Shown piece by piece: positions 1 to 8,655 of a DNA stretch of 32,000 nt. Source of the DNA: Pseudodesulfovibrio mercurii (lineage in GTDB: Bacteria > Desulfobacterota > Desulfovibrionia > Desulfovibrionales > Desulfovibrionaceae). Every line of letters begins with the position of its first letter. Within the stretch, counting starts at the first letter, position 1. The stretch covers positions 540,001 to 572,000 of the forward strand of contig NC_016803.1 of assembly GCF_000189295.2 (NCBI RefSeq), written 5' to 3'. The position numbers and the translations under genes are program-made. The notes under the pieces were generated by a model that was not told the DNA's origin, searched no databases, and saw only the letters and a program-made list of their open reading frames with translations.

Positions 1-983
1 CCGCGGCGCACCAGGCCCTGACCGACATGGTCGCCCTGGTCCCGGCCGGGCTGGCCAAGGGCGGCATGACCGGCTGGACCACCGGCCCGCACCTCCAGTC
101 CCCCATCGGGCTGACCGTGTACACGACCATCATCTACGGCGTGGGCATCGGCGTGCTGGCCCAGCCGCAGCTGGCCATCCGCTACATGACCGTGCCCTCG
201 GACCGCGAGCTCAACCGGGCCGTGGCCATCGGCGGCGTGTTCATCCTGCTCATGACCGGCGTGGCCTTCGTCACCGGGGCCCTGTCCAACGTGGTCTTCT
301 TCCAGAAGTTCGGCAAGATCGCCATCACCATGGCCGACAACAACTTCGACTCCATCATCCCGCTGTACATCGACAAGGTCATGCCCGGCTGGTTCTCCGG
401 CCTGTTCCTGGTGGCCATGTTCGCGGCGGCCATGTCCACCATGAGCTCCCAGTACCACGTGGGCGGCACCTCGCTGTCCCGCGACTTCCTTGAACAATAC
501 GTCAACGTGGGCAACGGCGGCTCGTCCATGAAGCTCAACCGGCTGGGCGTGACCGTGGCCATCATCGCCACCCTGGTCTGGGCCTGGCTGCTGCCCGGCG
601 GGGTCATCGCCCGGGCCACGGCCTTCTTCTTCGGCCTGTGCGCCGCCTCGTTCCTGCCCATCTACGTGCTCGGCCTGTATTGGAGAGGCATGACCAAGAC
701 CGGGGCCAAGGTCTCCATGGTCGGCGGGTTCTGCTTCTCCATGTTCTGGCTGCTCTTCGTCCACGTCAAGGAAGCGGGCTTCATCGGCCTGTGCCAGGCC
801 ATGTTCGGCAAGGCCACCCTGGTGTCCGACGCCGCGCCCGGCTCCTGGCTGTGGCTCATGCAGTGGGTCGATCCCAATGTGGTCGCCCTGCCCGTCTCCC
901 TGGTCCTGGCCGTGGGCGTCAGCCTGGCCACCCGACGAATCGAGGAAAAACACCTCGACCTCTGCTGGGAGGGACTCTGCTGA
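1..983 (+). CDS. sodium:solute symporter (SSS) family transporter, C-terminal portion; the 5' end lies left of the window
   Basis: The frame is open from nt 3, with no stop before the listed ATG at 27. About 320 aa of successive hydrophobic helices typical of SSS permeases. G/C-rich third codon positions. Stop at 981-983, followed by a strong terminator hairpin. Confidence 0.75.
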   Translation, partial: AAHQALTDMVALVPAGLAKGGMTGWTTGPHLQSPIGLTVYTTIIYGVGIGVLAQPQLAIRYMTVPSDRELNRAVAIGGVFILLMTGVAFVTGALSNVVFFQKFGKIAITMADNNFDSIIPLYIDKVMPGWFSGLFLVAMFAAAMSTMSSQYHVGGTSLSRDFLEQYVNVGNGGSSMKLNRLGVTVAIIATLVWAWLLPGGVIARATAFFFGLCAASFLPIYVLGLYWRGMTKTGAKVSMVGGFCFSMFWLLFVHVKEAGFIGLCQAMFGKATLVSDAAPGSWLWLMQWVDPNVVALPVSLVLAVGVSLATRRIEEKHLDLCWEGLC

Positions 984-1005
984 TCCGTTTCGACAACGCG
1001 ATCGC

Positions 1006-1039
1006 AAGGCGCCGTTCCGGGAGGGATGGCGCCTTTTTT
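1006..1039 (+). terminator. rho-independent terminator of the symporter gene
   Basis: AAGGCGCCGTTCC / GGGA loop / GGGATGGCGCCTT gives a ~13-bp stem including two G-U pairs, followed by TTTTTT. Confidence 0.7.
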
Positions 1040-1161
1040 CATTGCAATCGGGAGAGGATGCCGACACGCGGCGATGCCGGGTGATTTCGCCCCCGGCGGG
1101 CAGGGATTCGCCCCCGCCGCACCCCATGCGGGGACCGGCGGCGCCGGGGGTGGACCGTTTG

Positions 1162-1190
1162 TTGACAGTTGCTTTTGAAGCGAACATAAA
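1162..1190 (+). promoter_or_regulatory. candidate sigma-70 promoter for dut-argD
   Basis: TTGACA (1162-1167), 17-nt spacer, CATAAA (1185-1190), about 35 nt upstream of the dut ATG. Confidence 0.45.
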
Positions 1191-1225
1191 CAACCATTCG
1201 TTCAACACAAGGATAGAGACGCACA

Positions 1226-1684
1226 ATGAACAAGATCGACGTGAACGTGAAGTTCCTGCACGAGGTTTGGCAAGAAAACGAACTGGCCTACGCCACCGAA
1301 CATTCGGCGGGTCTGGACCTGCGCGCCTGCATCGACGAGGGCGAGATCGAGATCGGCCCCGGCGAAAAGGCCGCCATCCCGGCGGGCGTGGCCATCGAGG
1401 TCCGCGAGCCCAGCGTGGCCGGGTACGTCTTCTCGCGCAGCGGCCTGGGCACCAAGGAAGGGCTGACCGTCAGCCAGGGCGTCGGCGTCATCGATCCGGA
1501 CTACCGCGGGGAGATCAAGGTCTCACTGCTCAATACCTCGGGCGAGGTGCGACGAATAAGGCGCGGACAGCGCATCGCACAGCTCGTCTTCATGCCCGTG
1601 TTTCAAGCGATAATCACCCCCGTGGACGAACTCGGCTCCACCGCGCGCGGCGCGGGCGGATTCGGCTCCACCGGGAAACACTAA
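1226..1684 (+). CDS. dut: dUTP diphosphatase (dUTPase)
   Basis: 152 aa with the dUTPase motifs AGLDL, GVGVIDPDYRGE and RIAQLV, and the C-terminal RGAGGFGSTG motif. Confidence 0.95.
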   Translation: MNKIDVNVKFLHEVWQENELAYATEHSAGLDLRACIDEGEIEIGPGEKAAIPAGVAIEVREPSVAGYVFSRSGLGTKEGLTVSQGVGVIDPDYRGEIKVSLLNTSGEVRRIRRGQRIAQLVFMPVFQAIITPVDELGSTARGAGGFGSTGKH

Positions 1685-1698
1685 TAGAGAGAAGCATC

Positions 1699-2907
1699 AT
1701 GTCCGAGAAATTCGAAGCCATAAAGAAACGGGAATCCAATCTCATATGTAATACCTACGGCCGCTATCCCCTGGCCGTGAGCCGGGCCAAGGACTGCCGG
1801 TTGTACGACCTGGACGGCGTGGAGTACCACGACTTCCTGGCGGGCATCGCCGTCTGCTCCCTTGGCCACAGCCGCGAGGACCTGGCCGAGGTCATGGCCG
1901 AACAGGCCCGCAAGATGGTCCACGTCTCCAACCTCTTCTACCAGGAGCCCCAGCTCGACCTGGCCGAGAAGCTGCTGTCCACCTGCGCGGCGGGCAAGGT
2001 CTTCTTCTGCAACTCCGGGGCCGAGGCCAACGAGGGGGCCATCAAGCTGGCCCGCAAGTACATGCACACCGTGCGCAACGAGGACCGCTACGAGGTCATC
2101 ACCCTGGAGAAGTCCTTCCACGGCAGGACCCTGTCCACGCTGACCGCCACCGGCCAGTACGGGCCCATCAAGGAAGGGTACAATCCCCTGCCTGAGGGGT
2201 TCGTGACCGTGTCCTTCGGCAACGTCAACGCCCTGCGCGGGGCCATCAACGCCCACACCGCCGCGATCATGATCGAGATGGTCCAGGGCGAGGGCGGCGT
2301 GCGTCCCCTGCCCCAGGACTACGTCAACGACATCGTGGCCCTGTGCAAGGAGAACGGCATCCTGCTCATCGTGGACGAGGTCCAGACCGGCGTCTGCCGC
2401 ACGGGCCGGTTCTGGGCGCACCAGCACTACGGCATCACCCCGGACATCTTCACCTCGGCCAAGGCGCTGGCCAACGGGCTGCCCATGGGCGCGGTCCTGT
2501 GCAGCGACGAGGTGGCCAAGGGATTCACGCCCGGTTCCCACGCCACCACCTTCGGCGGCGGGGCCGTGGTCTCGGCCGTGGCCGCCAAGGTCATCGACAT
2601 CATGCTTGAGGAGAAGATGGCCGACCGCGCCCTGAAGATGGGCGAGTTCGCCAAAAAGCAGGTTCTCGAACTCCGGAAGAAACACCCCGAGACCATCGCC
2701 GGAACGCGCGGCCTGGGACTGCTCTTCGGCATCGAACTGGCCAAGAACGGACCGGAGATCTGGAAGGGGCTGCTGGAACACAAGGTGGTCTGCAACCTGA
2801 CCCAGGGGACCGTTCTGCGGCTGGTGCCGCCCCTGACCGTGACCGAGGAGGACATCCTGTTCTTCATGCGGGCCCTGGACGAGGTCCTGACGTCGGTGGA
2901 GGGATAG
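1699..2907 (+). CDS. argD: acetylornithine aminotransferase (class-III PLP aminotransferase)
   Basis: The ATG at 1699 is preceded by GAGAGAAG. The N-terminus NTYGRYPLAVSRAKDCRLYDLDGVEYHDFLAGIAV..., plus SGAEANEGAIKLARKY, DEVQTGVCRTGRFWA and SAKALANGLP, are typical of ArgD. The listed ORF start at 877 is an upstream read-through frame that overlaps dut. Confidence 0.85.
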   Translation: MSEKFEAIKKRESNLICNTYGRYPLAVSRAKDCRLYDLDGVEYHDFLAGIAVCSLGHSREDLAEVMAEQARKMVHVSNLFYQEPQLDLAEKLLSTCAAGKVFFCNSGAEANEGAIKLARKYMHTVRNEDRYEVITLEKSFHGRTLSTLTATGQYGPIKEGYNPLPEGFVTVSFGNVNALRGAINAHTAAIMIEMVQGEGGVRPLPQDYVNDIVALCKENGILLIVDEVQTGVCRTGRFWAHQHYGITPDIFTSAKALANGLPMGAVLCSDEVAKGFTPGSHATTFGGGAVVSAVAAKVIDIMLEEKMADRALKMGEFAKKQVLELRKKHPETIAGTRGLGLLFGIELAKNGPEIWKGLLEHKVVCNLTQGTVLRLVPPLTVTEEDILFFMRALDEVLTSVEG

Positions 2908-2923
2908 TCGCGGAGAGGTCGGC

Positions 2924-2952
2924 TTGACCGCCCGGTGGCGAAGGCGTATTCT
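2924..2952 (+). promoter_or_regulatory. candidate sigma-70 promoter for the small ORF at 2973
   Basis: TTGACC (2924-2929), 17-nt spacer, TATTCT (2947-2952), starting 17 nt after the argD stop. Confidence 0.45.
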
Positions 2953-2972
2953 GTGATTTGAGGAATCGAGTC

Positions 2973-3179
2973 ATGAGCGCCGTCGCCCCCATAGGGTCCA
3001 CGCCGGACTATCTCCCCCGGCAGGAAAAGGAACCGGAACCGGTTCCCCAGGCCGAGCGGGCGGGCGAGGTCAAGACCCCGACCGAGGTCAAGTCAGACGC
3101 GGTCAAACAGGCCGAGCAGACCACCCTTTACGACTTCCGGTACACGGGCAAAGGCTCGTTCATCGACAAGGTATTCTAG
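2973..3179 (+). CDS. hypothetical small protein, 68 aa; Pro/Glu/Lys-rich with an aromatic C-terminal motif
   Basis: SD GAGGAA (2960-2965) lies 7 nt before the ATG at 2973. Strong G/C bias at codon position 3, like neighbouring genes. The protein MSAVAPIGSTPDYLPRQEKEPEPVPQAERAGEVKTPTEVKSDAVKQAEQTTLYDFRYTGKGSFIDKVF has no TM segment, no Cys, and belongs to no family I recognise. The track's TTG start at 2958 would sit at or before the predicted TSS. Confidence 0.5.
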   Translation: MSAVAPIGSTPDYLPRQEKEPEPVPQAERAGEVKTPTEVKSDAVKQAEQTTLYDFRYTGKGSFIDKVF

Positions 3180-3206
3180 TTTGGCTCATTGATGACGCAA
3201 CCATTC

Positions 3207-3231
3207 AAGGCCGGGGCACGTTCCCGGCCTT
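3207..3231 (+). terminator. stem-loop after the small ORF; possible weak terminator or attenuator before prmA
   Basis: AAGGCCGGG / 7-nt loop / CCCGGCCTT is a perfect 9-bp stem. It is followed by GTCATATT, which is not a good U-tract. Confidence 0.4.
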
Positions 3232-3260
3232 GTCATATTCCACCAAGAGGACGCACCGCC

Positions 3261-4124
3261 ATGTCCACCCTGCTCAAGATCCAGTTCACCATTCCCGAGG
3301 AAACCGCCGACGAGGCCGGGGTCTTCATCGCGTCCAAGGTCCCCCACGGCTGGGAGGAGACTCCCGCCGGGGACGGCCGCAGGTTCACCCTGTACCTGGA
3401 GGACCACCCCCTGGGCCACGAGATGGTCCGGGAGTTCCAGGCCCGCTTCCCCGAGGCGGACGTGACCTGGTCCGAACAGGAGTCCGAGAATTGGGCCATG
3501 GCCTGGAAGGACTTCTTCGTTCCGGTCAACTGCGGGGAATCCTTCCGCATCTACCCGCCGTGGCTGAACGACGACGAGGAGAACGGGACCACCCACATCG
3601 TCATCGAGCCCAAGATGGCCTTCGGCACCGGCCACCACGCGACCACCTCCCTGTGCCTGGCGACCATCGGCCGGCTGGCCAAGGCCGGGACCATCGCCGA
3701 GGGCAAGACCTTCCTGGACCTGGGCACCGGGTCCGGCATCCTCGGCATCGGCCTGTCCAAGCTCGGCCTGACCGGCATCGGCCTGGACATCGACCCCCAG
3801 GCCGTGGTCTGCGCCGTGGAGAACGTGGCCGCCAACGGCGTGACCGAGTCCATGCGGCTGGCCGTGGGCTCCATCGACTGCGTGGAGCCGGGCCGGACCT
3901 TCGACCTGGTGGTGGCCAACATCCTGTCCGGGCCGCTCATCGAGATGGCCGGCGACATCGTCGCCAGGGTCAGGCCCGGCGGCACCCTGGTCCTGTCCGG
4001 CATCCTGGCAGACAAGCAGTCCGACGCCGTGGCCGAGGCCTACGGGCGACGCGGCCTGGGCGAACCCGAGCGGTTCGTCGAGGGCGAGTGGATCTGCCTG
4101 GTCTGGCAGAACCTGGGGAGCTAG
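3261..4124 (+). CDS. prmA: ribosomal protein L11 methyltransferase
   Basis: The ATG at 3261 is preceded by AAGAGGA. Contains the PrmA motifs IEPKMAFGTGHHATT and the SAM-binding DLGTGSGILGI. The upstream M at 3189 lacks an SD and overlaps the hairpin. Confidence 0.9.
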   Translation: MSTLLKIQFTIPEETADEAGVFIASKVPHGWEETPAGDGRRFTLYLEDHPLGHEMVREFQARFPEADVTWSEQESENWAMAWKDFFVPVNCGESFRIYPPWLNDDEENGTTHIVIEPKMAFGTGHHATTSLCLATIGRLAKAGTIAEGKTFLDLGTGSGILGIGLSKLGLTGIGLDIDPQAVVCAVENVAANGVTESMRLAVGSIDCVEPGRTFDLVVANILSGPLIEMAGDIVARVRPGGTLVLSGILADKQSDAVAEAYGRRGLGEPERFVEGEWICLVWQNLGS

Positions 4125-4125
4125 C

Positions 4126-4779
4126 ATGGCCCTGCCCGGCACCCTGATGGATATGTACGAGGCCATGCTGGCCACCCTCGGCCCGAGCGAGTGGTGGCCG
4201 GGCGAGACCCCGTTCGAGATCGCCATCGGGGCCATCCTGACCCAGAACACCAACTGGAAGAACGTGGAAAAGGCCCTGTCCAACCTCAAGGACGCGGGCG
4301 TGCTCGAAGCCGAACCCCTGCACGCCCTGTCCGTGCCGCGTCTGGCCGAGCTGATCCGTCCGGCCGGATATTACAACATCAAGGCCAAGCGGATTCACAA
4401 CTTCCTGCAATTCCTCAAGGACGAGGCGGAGTTCGACCTGCTCGCCCTGAAGGACCGGGAGCTCGCCGAACTGCGGCCCAAGGTCCTGTCCATCAACGGC
4501 ATCGGGCCCGAGACCGGGGACTGCATCCTGCTCTACGCCCTGGATTTCCCGACCTTCGTGGTGGACGCCTACACGGCCCGCATCCTTGGCCGCCACGGCC
4601 TGGCCTGGGAGGACATCGACTACCACGGGCTGCAATCCATTTTCATGGACGCCCTGCCCGAGGATGTGGCACTGTACAACGAATACCATGCCCTCATTGT
4701 CCGCGTGGGTGCCAACTGGTGCCGGAAAAAGGCGGGCCTGTGCGACGCCTGTCCTCTTCAACCTTTCCTTGAACAATAG
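4126..4779 (+). CDS. endonuclease III-related HhH-GPD domain protein (COG2231-like)
   Basis: 217 aa with the HhH motif LSINGIGPETGD, a conserved VVDAYTARI Asp, and a C-terminal C-x6-C-x2-C. Starts 1 nt after the prmA stop. Confidence 0.8.
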   Translation: MALPGTLMDMYEAMLATLGPSEWWPGETPFEIAIGAILTQNTNWKNVEKALSNLKDAGVLEAEPLHALSVPRLAELIRPAGYYNIKAKRIHNFLQFLKDEAEFDLLALKDRELAELRPKVLSINGIGPETGDCILLYALDFPTFVVDAYTARILGRHGLAWEDIDYHGLQSIFMDALPEDVALYNEYHALIVRVGANWCRKKAGLCDACPLQPFLEQ

Positions 4780-4785
4780 ACTCTC

Positions 4786-5892
4786 ATGCGAAAATTCCTC
4801 GTCCTGACAGTATGTTGCATCCTGCTGCTTCCGGCCCTGGCCTGTGCCCAGGCCGAGGACGAGTCCATCAGCGAGTCCTTGCAGCAGGAGCACCAGAAGG
4901 CGGACGAGAACGAGCGGAAGGTCCGCGAGCTGACCCAAAAGGCCGGGCAGATATCCACCCGGCTGTCGGACATCGAGGACGACGTCAAGTTGCTCAAGGG
5001 GCGCATCCGGGACCAGGAAAAGGTTCTGTCCGACATCCGCGAGAGTGAGCGCCAGGCCCAGCAGGACCACTTCACCCTGGAAAAGGAGAAGGAGCGCATC
5101 ACCATGGAGCTGTCCGGGCTCATGCGCACCCTGTGGCCGCTGCATCTGCAGAACGTCCGCTCGCGTTTCGAGGGCGTGGAGGACTGGGCCATGTTCGACC
5201 GCCGCTTCAACTGGCTGGCGGACATCTACGCGGCCACAGGCCGCAAGCTGGACGAGGCCCGGGACAATTCGCGGAAGATCGCCCTGAACCTGGAGAACCA
5301 GCGTCAGCTGGCCGAGGAGGCCGAAAAACAGCTGGCCCAGGTGAACGAGAGCAAGGACCGGCTCCTGGACAACCAGTACGCCCTGCGCCGGAACCTCAAG
5401 AAGATCAACCGCCAGAAGGAGAACGCCGAAGCCGAGCTGTCCGATATCCTGGCCACCATCGAGAAGCTCAAATACCAGTTGCAGTCCCAGAAGACCAAGC
5501 GGTTCGCCCTGTACAAGCGCACCCTGCCCTGGCCCGTCAAGGGGCGGGTGGTCGCGGGCTTCGACCTGAAGGCCAATCCCCCGGAGCGCGGCCTGGCCAT
5601 CGGGGCCGCCGAGGGGAGCCAGGTACAGTCCATCTTCTGGGGCAAGGTGGTTCACAACGACACCCTGCGCGGCTTCGGGCATGTGGTCATCATCTACCAC
5701 GGGTATAATTATTACAGCCTTTACGCCTATTTGTCCGACACGTTCGTGCGCAACGGCCAGGAGGTGGAGAAAAACGAGCCCCTGGGCACGGTGGGCTATT
5801 TCCCCAAGCTGGACGGGCCTGGACTGTATTTTGAATTGCGTTTTCATCAAAAACCAATTAACCCACAAACTTGGTTAACAGCCCTGAGATGA
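4786..5892 (+). CDS. envC: EnvC-like murein hydrolase activator (coiled coil plus degenerate M23/LytM domain)
   Basis: Signal peptide MRKFLVLTVCCILLLPALACAQA, then a ~230-aa charged coiled-coil region. The C-terminal LytM domain has GLAIGAA in place of HxxxD and LYFELRF in place of HxH, as in non-catalytic EnvC. Confidence 0.75.
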   Translation: MRKFLVLTVCCILLLPALACAQAEDESISESLQQEHQKADENERKVRELTQKAGQISTRLSDIEDDVKLLKGRIRDQEKVLSDIRESERQAQQDHFTLEKEKERITMELSGLMRTLWPLHLQNVRSRFEGVEDWAMFDRRFNWLADIYAATGRKLDEARDNSRKIALNLENQRQLAEEAEKQLAQVNESKDRLLDNQYALRRNLKKINRQKENAEAELSDILATIEKLKYQLQSQKTKRFALYKRTLPWPVKGRVVAGFDLKANPPERGLAIGAAEGSQVQSIFWGKVVHNDTLRGFGHVVIIYHGYNYYSLYAYLSDTFVRNGQEVEKNEPLGTVGYFPKLDGPGLYFELRFHQKPINPQTWLTALR

Positions 5893-5939
5893 TTGTCGTT
5901 GACCCAACACATTAGGACTCCGTTATTCGGGAGGCATTC

Positions 5940-7223
5940 ATGCGTGTTACGCTTTGGATAGTCACTTTTCTGCTTCTGTTTACCCTGACCGTCGCCCCGA
6001 GCCAGACCATCGCGGCCAAGGGCGATCAGTTCGAAGCGCTCAAGACCTTCTCGCAGGTGCTCGACCTGGTTGAAAGCAACTACGTCAAGCCCGTGACCAA
6101 GAAGGAGCTCATCGACAATTCCATCAAGGGCATGCTCGAGGAGTTGGACCCCCACTCCACCTATCTCTCGCCCGAGGACTTCAAGGACATGCAGGTGGAC
6201 ACCGCCGGCAAGTTCAGCGGCATCGGCATCGAGATCAGCATGGACCAGGGGCGCATCGTGGTCGTCTCGCCCATCGAGGACACCCCGGCCTACAAGGCGG
6301 GCCTGCTCGCGGGCGACATCATCCTCGAGATCGACGGCGAGTCCACCCAGGACATGACCCTCATGGACGCGGTCAAGCTGATCCGCGGCGAAAAGGGCAC
6401 CACCGTCAACCTGCTCATCCTGCACAAGGATTCCAACAAGCCGGTGGAAGTGGCCATCGTCCGCGGGACCATTCCCATCGTCAACGTCAAGACCCAGTCC
6501 CTGGAGGACGGCTACCTGTACCTGCGCCTGACCAAGTTCCAGGAGTCCTCCACCAAGAACCTGCGTGACGCCGTGGACCAGTACCGCAAGACCCACGAGC
6601 TCAAGGGCATCGTCTTCGACCTGCGCAACAACCCCGGCGGCTTGCTGAACCAGGCGGTCTCCGTGGCCGACACCTTCCTTGAGGACGTTACCATCGTCTA
6701 CATCCAGGGCCGCAACCAGGCGGACCGCAAGGACTTCTTCGCCACCAAGAACGCCGACGACGTCAAGGTCCCCATGGTCACCCTGATCAACGCTGGTTCG
6801 GCCTCGGCCTCCGAGATCGTGGCCGGCGCCCTCCAGGACCGCAAGCGCTCCCTGATCGTGGGCGAACGTTCCTTCGGCAAGGGCTCGGTCCAGCAGATCA
6901 TCCCCCTGTCCGACGGCTCGGGCATCAAGCTGACCACCGCGCTCTACTACACCCCCAGCGGGCGCTCCATTCAGGCCAAGGGCATCGAGCCCGACCTGCG
7001 CATCCCCTTCGAGGCGCCGCGCGAGGATGAGATGGACCTGCGCGACCGGTTCACGGTCCGCGAGAAGGACCTGAGCGGCCACCTGGAAAACGGCCAGAAA
7101 TCCGCCAAGCAGAAGAAGGACGAGGACGCGGAAAAGGCCAAGGACATGCTCACCCGCGACAACCAGCTGCGCATGGCCCTGGAACTGGTCAAGAGCCTGC
7201 CCCGCATGAAGGAACTCCAGTAG
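5940..7223 (+). CDS. ctpA: carboxy-terminal processing protease (S41 family, PDZ domain)
   Basis: SD GGGAGG upstream, N-terminal signal/TM segment, PDZ (GIGIEI...SPIEDTPAYKAGLLAGDIILEIDG), and S41 catalytic region NAGSASASEIVAGALQD...GERSFGKGSVQ. Confidence 0.9.
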   Translation: MRVTLWIVTFLLLFTLTVAPSQTIAAKGDQFEALKTFSQVLDLVESNYVKPVTKKELIDNSIKGMLEELDPHSTYLSPEDFKDMQVDTAGKFSGIGIEISMDQGRIVVVSPIEDTPAYKAGLLAGDIILEIDGESTQDMTLMDAVKLIRGEKGTTVNLLILHKDSNKPVEVAIVRGTIPIVNVKTQSLEDGYLYLRLTKFQESSTKNLRDAVDQYRKTHELKGIVFDLRNNPGGLLNQAVSVADTFLEDVTIVYIQGRNQADRKDFFATKNADDVKVPMVTLINAGSASASEIVAGALQDRKRSLIVGERSFGKGSVQQIIPLSDGSGIKLTTALYYTPSGRSIQAKGIEPDLRIPFEAPREDEMDLRDRFTVREKDLSGHLENGQKSAKQKKDEDAEKAKDMLTRDNQLRMALELVKSLPRMKELQ

Positions 7224-7241
7224 GCAGGCCGGGCCGCGCCC

Positions 7242-8474
7242 ATGGACGACCGCGCTCCCGACACCAATACCGAAAACCGGACCGGGCTCGATGGACTCCT
7301 GAAGAGGATCTATCGGCCCGGTCCTCTTATTTTCCTGTTCACCCTCGCCTTCCTGGCCCTGGCCGGGCTCGGCTGGATGCTTCTGACCAAGCAGACCCCG
7401 CCGCCCCAGGTGATCACGCCCGTGGCCGAGGAACGGCGCGAGGAACCGCAGCCCGACAAGGTGTATGAAGAGGTCACCTCGGACATGGAGGACCAGGTCA
7501 AGCAGGCCGATCTGGCCATCATCGAGACCATGCGGGACCTGGACCTCAAGATGCACGACCTCGACCTGGTGGACGTGGAGCAACGCCGGTTCGAGGGCAG
7601 CGGGTACCACTACCAGGTGCTCCAGTTCCCCAAGGTCACGGACCGCAACCGCTTCCTGGTCACCCTGCGCAGACGCCTCTTCGACCGGCTGCCCGACGCG
7701 GTCCTGCTGGACAACGGCGACACCGAGGCGGCCATCGAGATTCGCGGGCAGCGCACCCACCGGCTGCTCCTCGAGGCCACGCCGCAGATCATCGCCCGGC
7801 CCGAGGCCAAGGGGCCCAAGCTGGTGGTGGTCATCGACGACGTGGGTGAGGATTACCGCGTGCTCAAGGGACTGGCCGGGCTGGACCTGCCCCTGACCTT
7901 CGCGGTCTGGCCGCACGCCAGCCACACCCGCGAGTGCGTGGAGTGGATCGCCAAGACCCACCACGACCTGCTCATTCACTTCCCCATGGAGCCCATGGGC
8001 TACCCCCAGGTCAAGCCGGGGGACGACGCCCTGTTCGTGTCAATGACCCCGGACCAGGTCCGGCAGCGCGTGGCGGACAACCTGGCGCGCATCCCCGAGG
8101 CCATCGGGGTGAACAACCACATGGGTTCGCGTTTCACCGCCGACAAGGCGGGCATGGCCGTCGCCCTGACCGAATTCAAGCGCCACGGGCTGTTCTTCCT
8201 GGACAGCCTGACCTCGGGCAAGAGCGTGGGCCGGGCCACGGCCAAGACCGTGGGCATCCCCTTCTACGAGCGGGATACCTTCCTGGACAACGTCAAGGAC
8301 GTGAACGCCATCCTGCTCCAGCTGCGCAAGACCGAACGGGTGGCCCAGCGCCAGGGCCGGGCCATCGCCATCGGCCACCCCTACCGCCAGACCCTGGACG
8401 CCCTCCGCGCCTGGCAGGACAGCCGGGACCCGGCCATCCAGGTCATCACCCTGTCGAAACTGCCCACGGAATAG
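7242..8474 (+). CDS. divergent polysaccharide deacetylase family protein (YibQ-like) with an N-terminal TM and extension
   Basis: The C-terminal ~220 aa match YibQ/DUF610-type features: VVVIDDVG, FAVWPH, HFPMEP, GVNNHMGSRFT, FFLDSLTS, AIGHP. One TM segment near residues 25-48. Confidence 0.8.
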   Translation: MDDRAPDTNTENRTGLDGLLKRIYRPGPLIFLFTLAFLALAGLGWMLLTKQTPPPQVITPVAEERREEPQPDKVYEEVTSDMEDQVKQADLAIIETMRDLDLKMHDLDLVDVEQRRFEGSGYHYQVLQFPKVTDRNRFLVTLRRRLFDRLPDAVLLDNGDTEAAIEIRGQRTHRLLLEATPQIIARPEAKGPKLVVVIDDVGEDYRVLKGLAGLDLPLTFAVWPHASHTRECVEWIAKTHHDLLIHFPMEPMGYPQVKPGDDALFVSMTPDQVRQRVADNLARIPEAIGVNNHMGSRFTADKAGMAVALTEFKRHGLFFLDSLTSGKSVGRATAKTVGIPFYERDTFLDNVKDVNAILLQLRKTERVAQRQGRAIAIGHPYRQTLDALRAWQDSRDPAIQVITLSKLPTE

Positions 8475-8655
8475 GCCGTCCCGCCCGCCTCGTTCCCGTT
8501 TTTTCCCCGGACGCCGCTGGCGGCCCGGTTTCGGCCGCAGTGTCGAGACATGGGGATGTCTTTCCCGTCGGCAGTCGCCATTATCCCGGATTGCTTGAAA
8601 TATTGAGTTATGCGGATATGGGTATTTGACTAAGTCTCATCTTTCTCTAAACAAT

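Noticed and set aside
877-1698. N-terminal 274-codon extension of the argD ORF (track start at 877)
   Set aside because: It overlaps the symporter 3' end, a terminator and the whole dut gene in another frame. It is Arg/Pro-rich nonsense. The ATG at 1699 gives a canonical ArgD N-terminus.
3189-3260. Upstream start for prmA (MMTQPF...)
   Set aside because: It would begin inside the hairpin at 3207-3231 and has no SD. The ATG at 3261 has AAGAGGA upstream and a typical PrmA N-terminus.
3970-7979. 632-aa and 710-aa minus-strand ORFs (3970-5868 and 5847-7979)
   Set aside because: They are antisense to the endoIII-like, envC-like, ctpA and yibQ-like genes. These are high-GC shadow frames with no supporting start signals.
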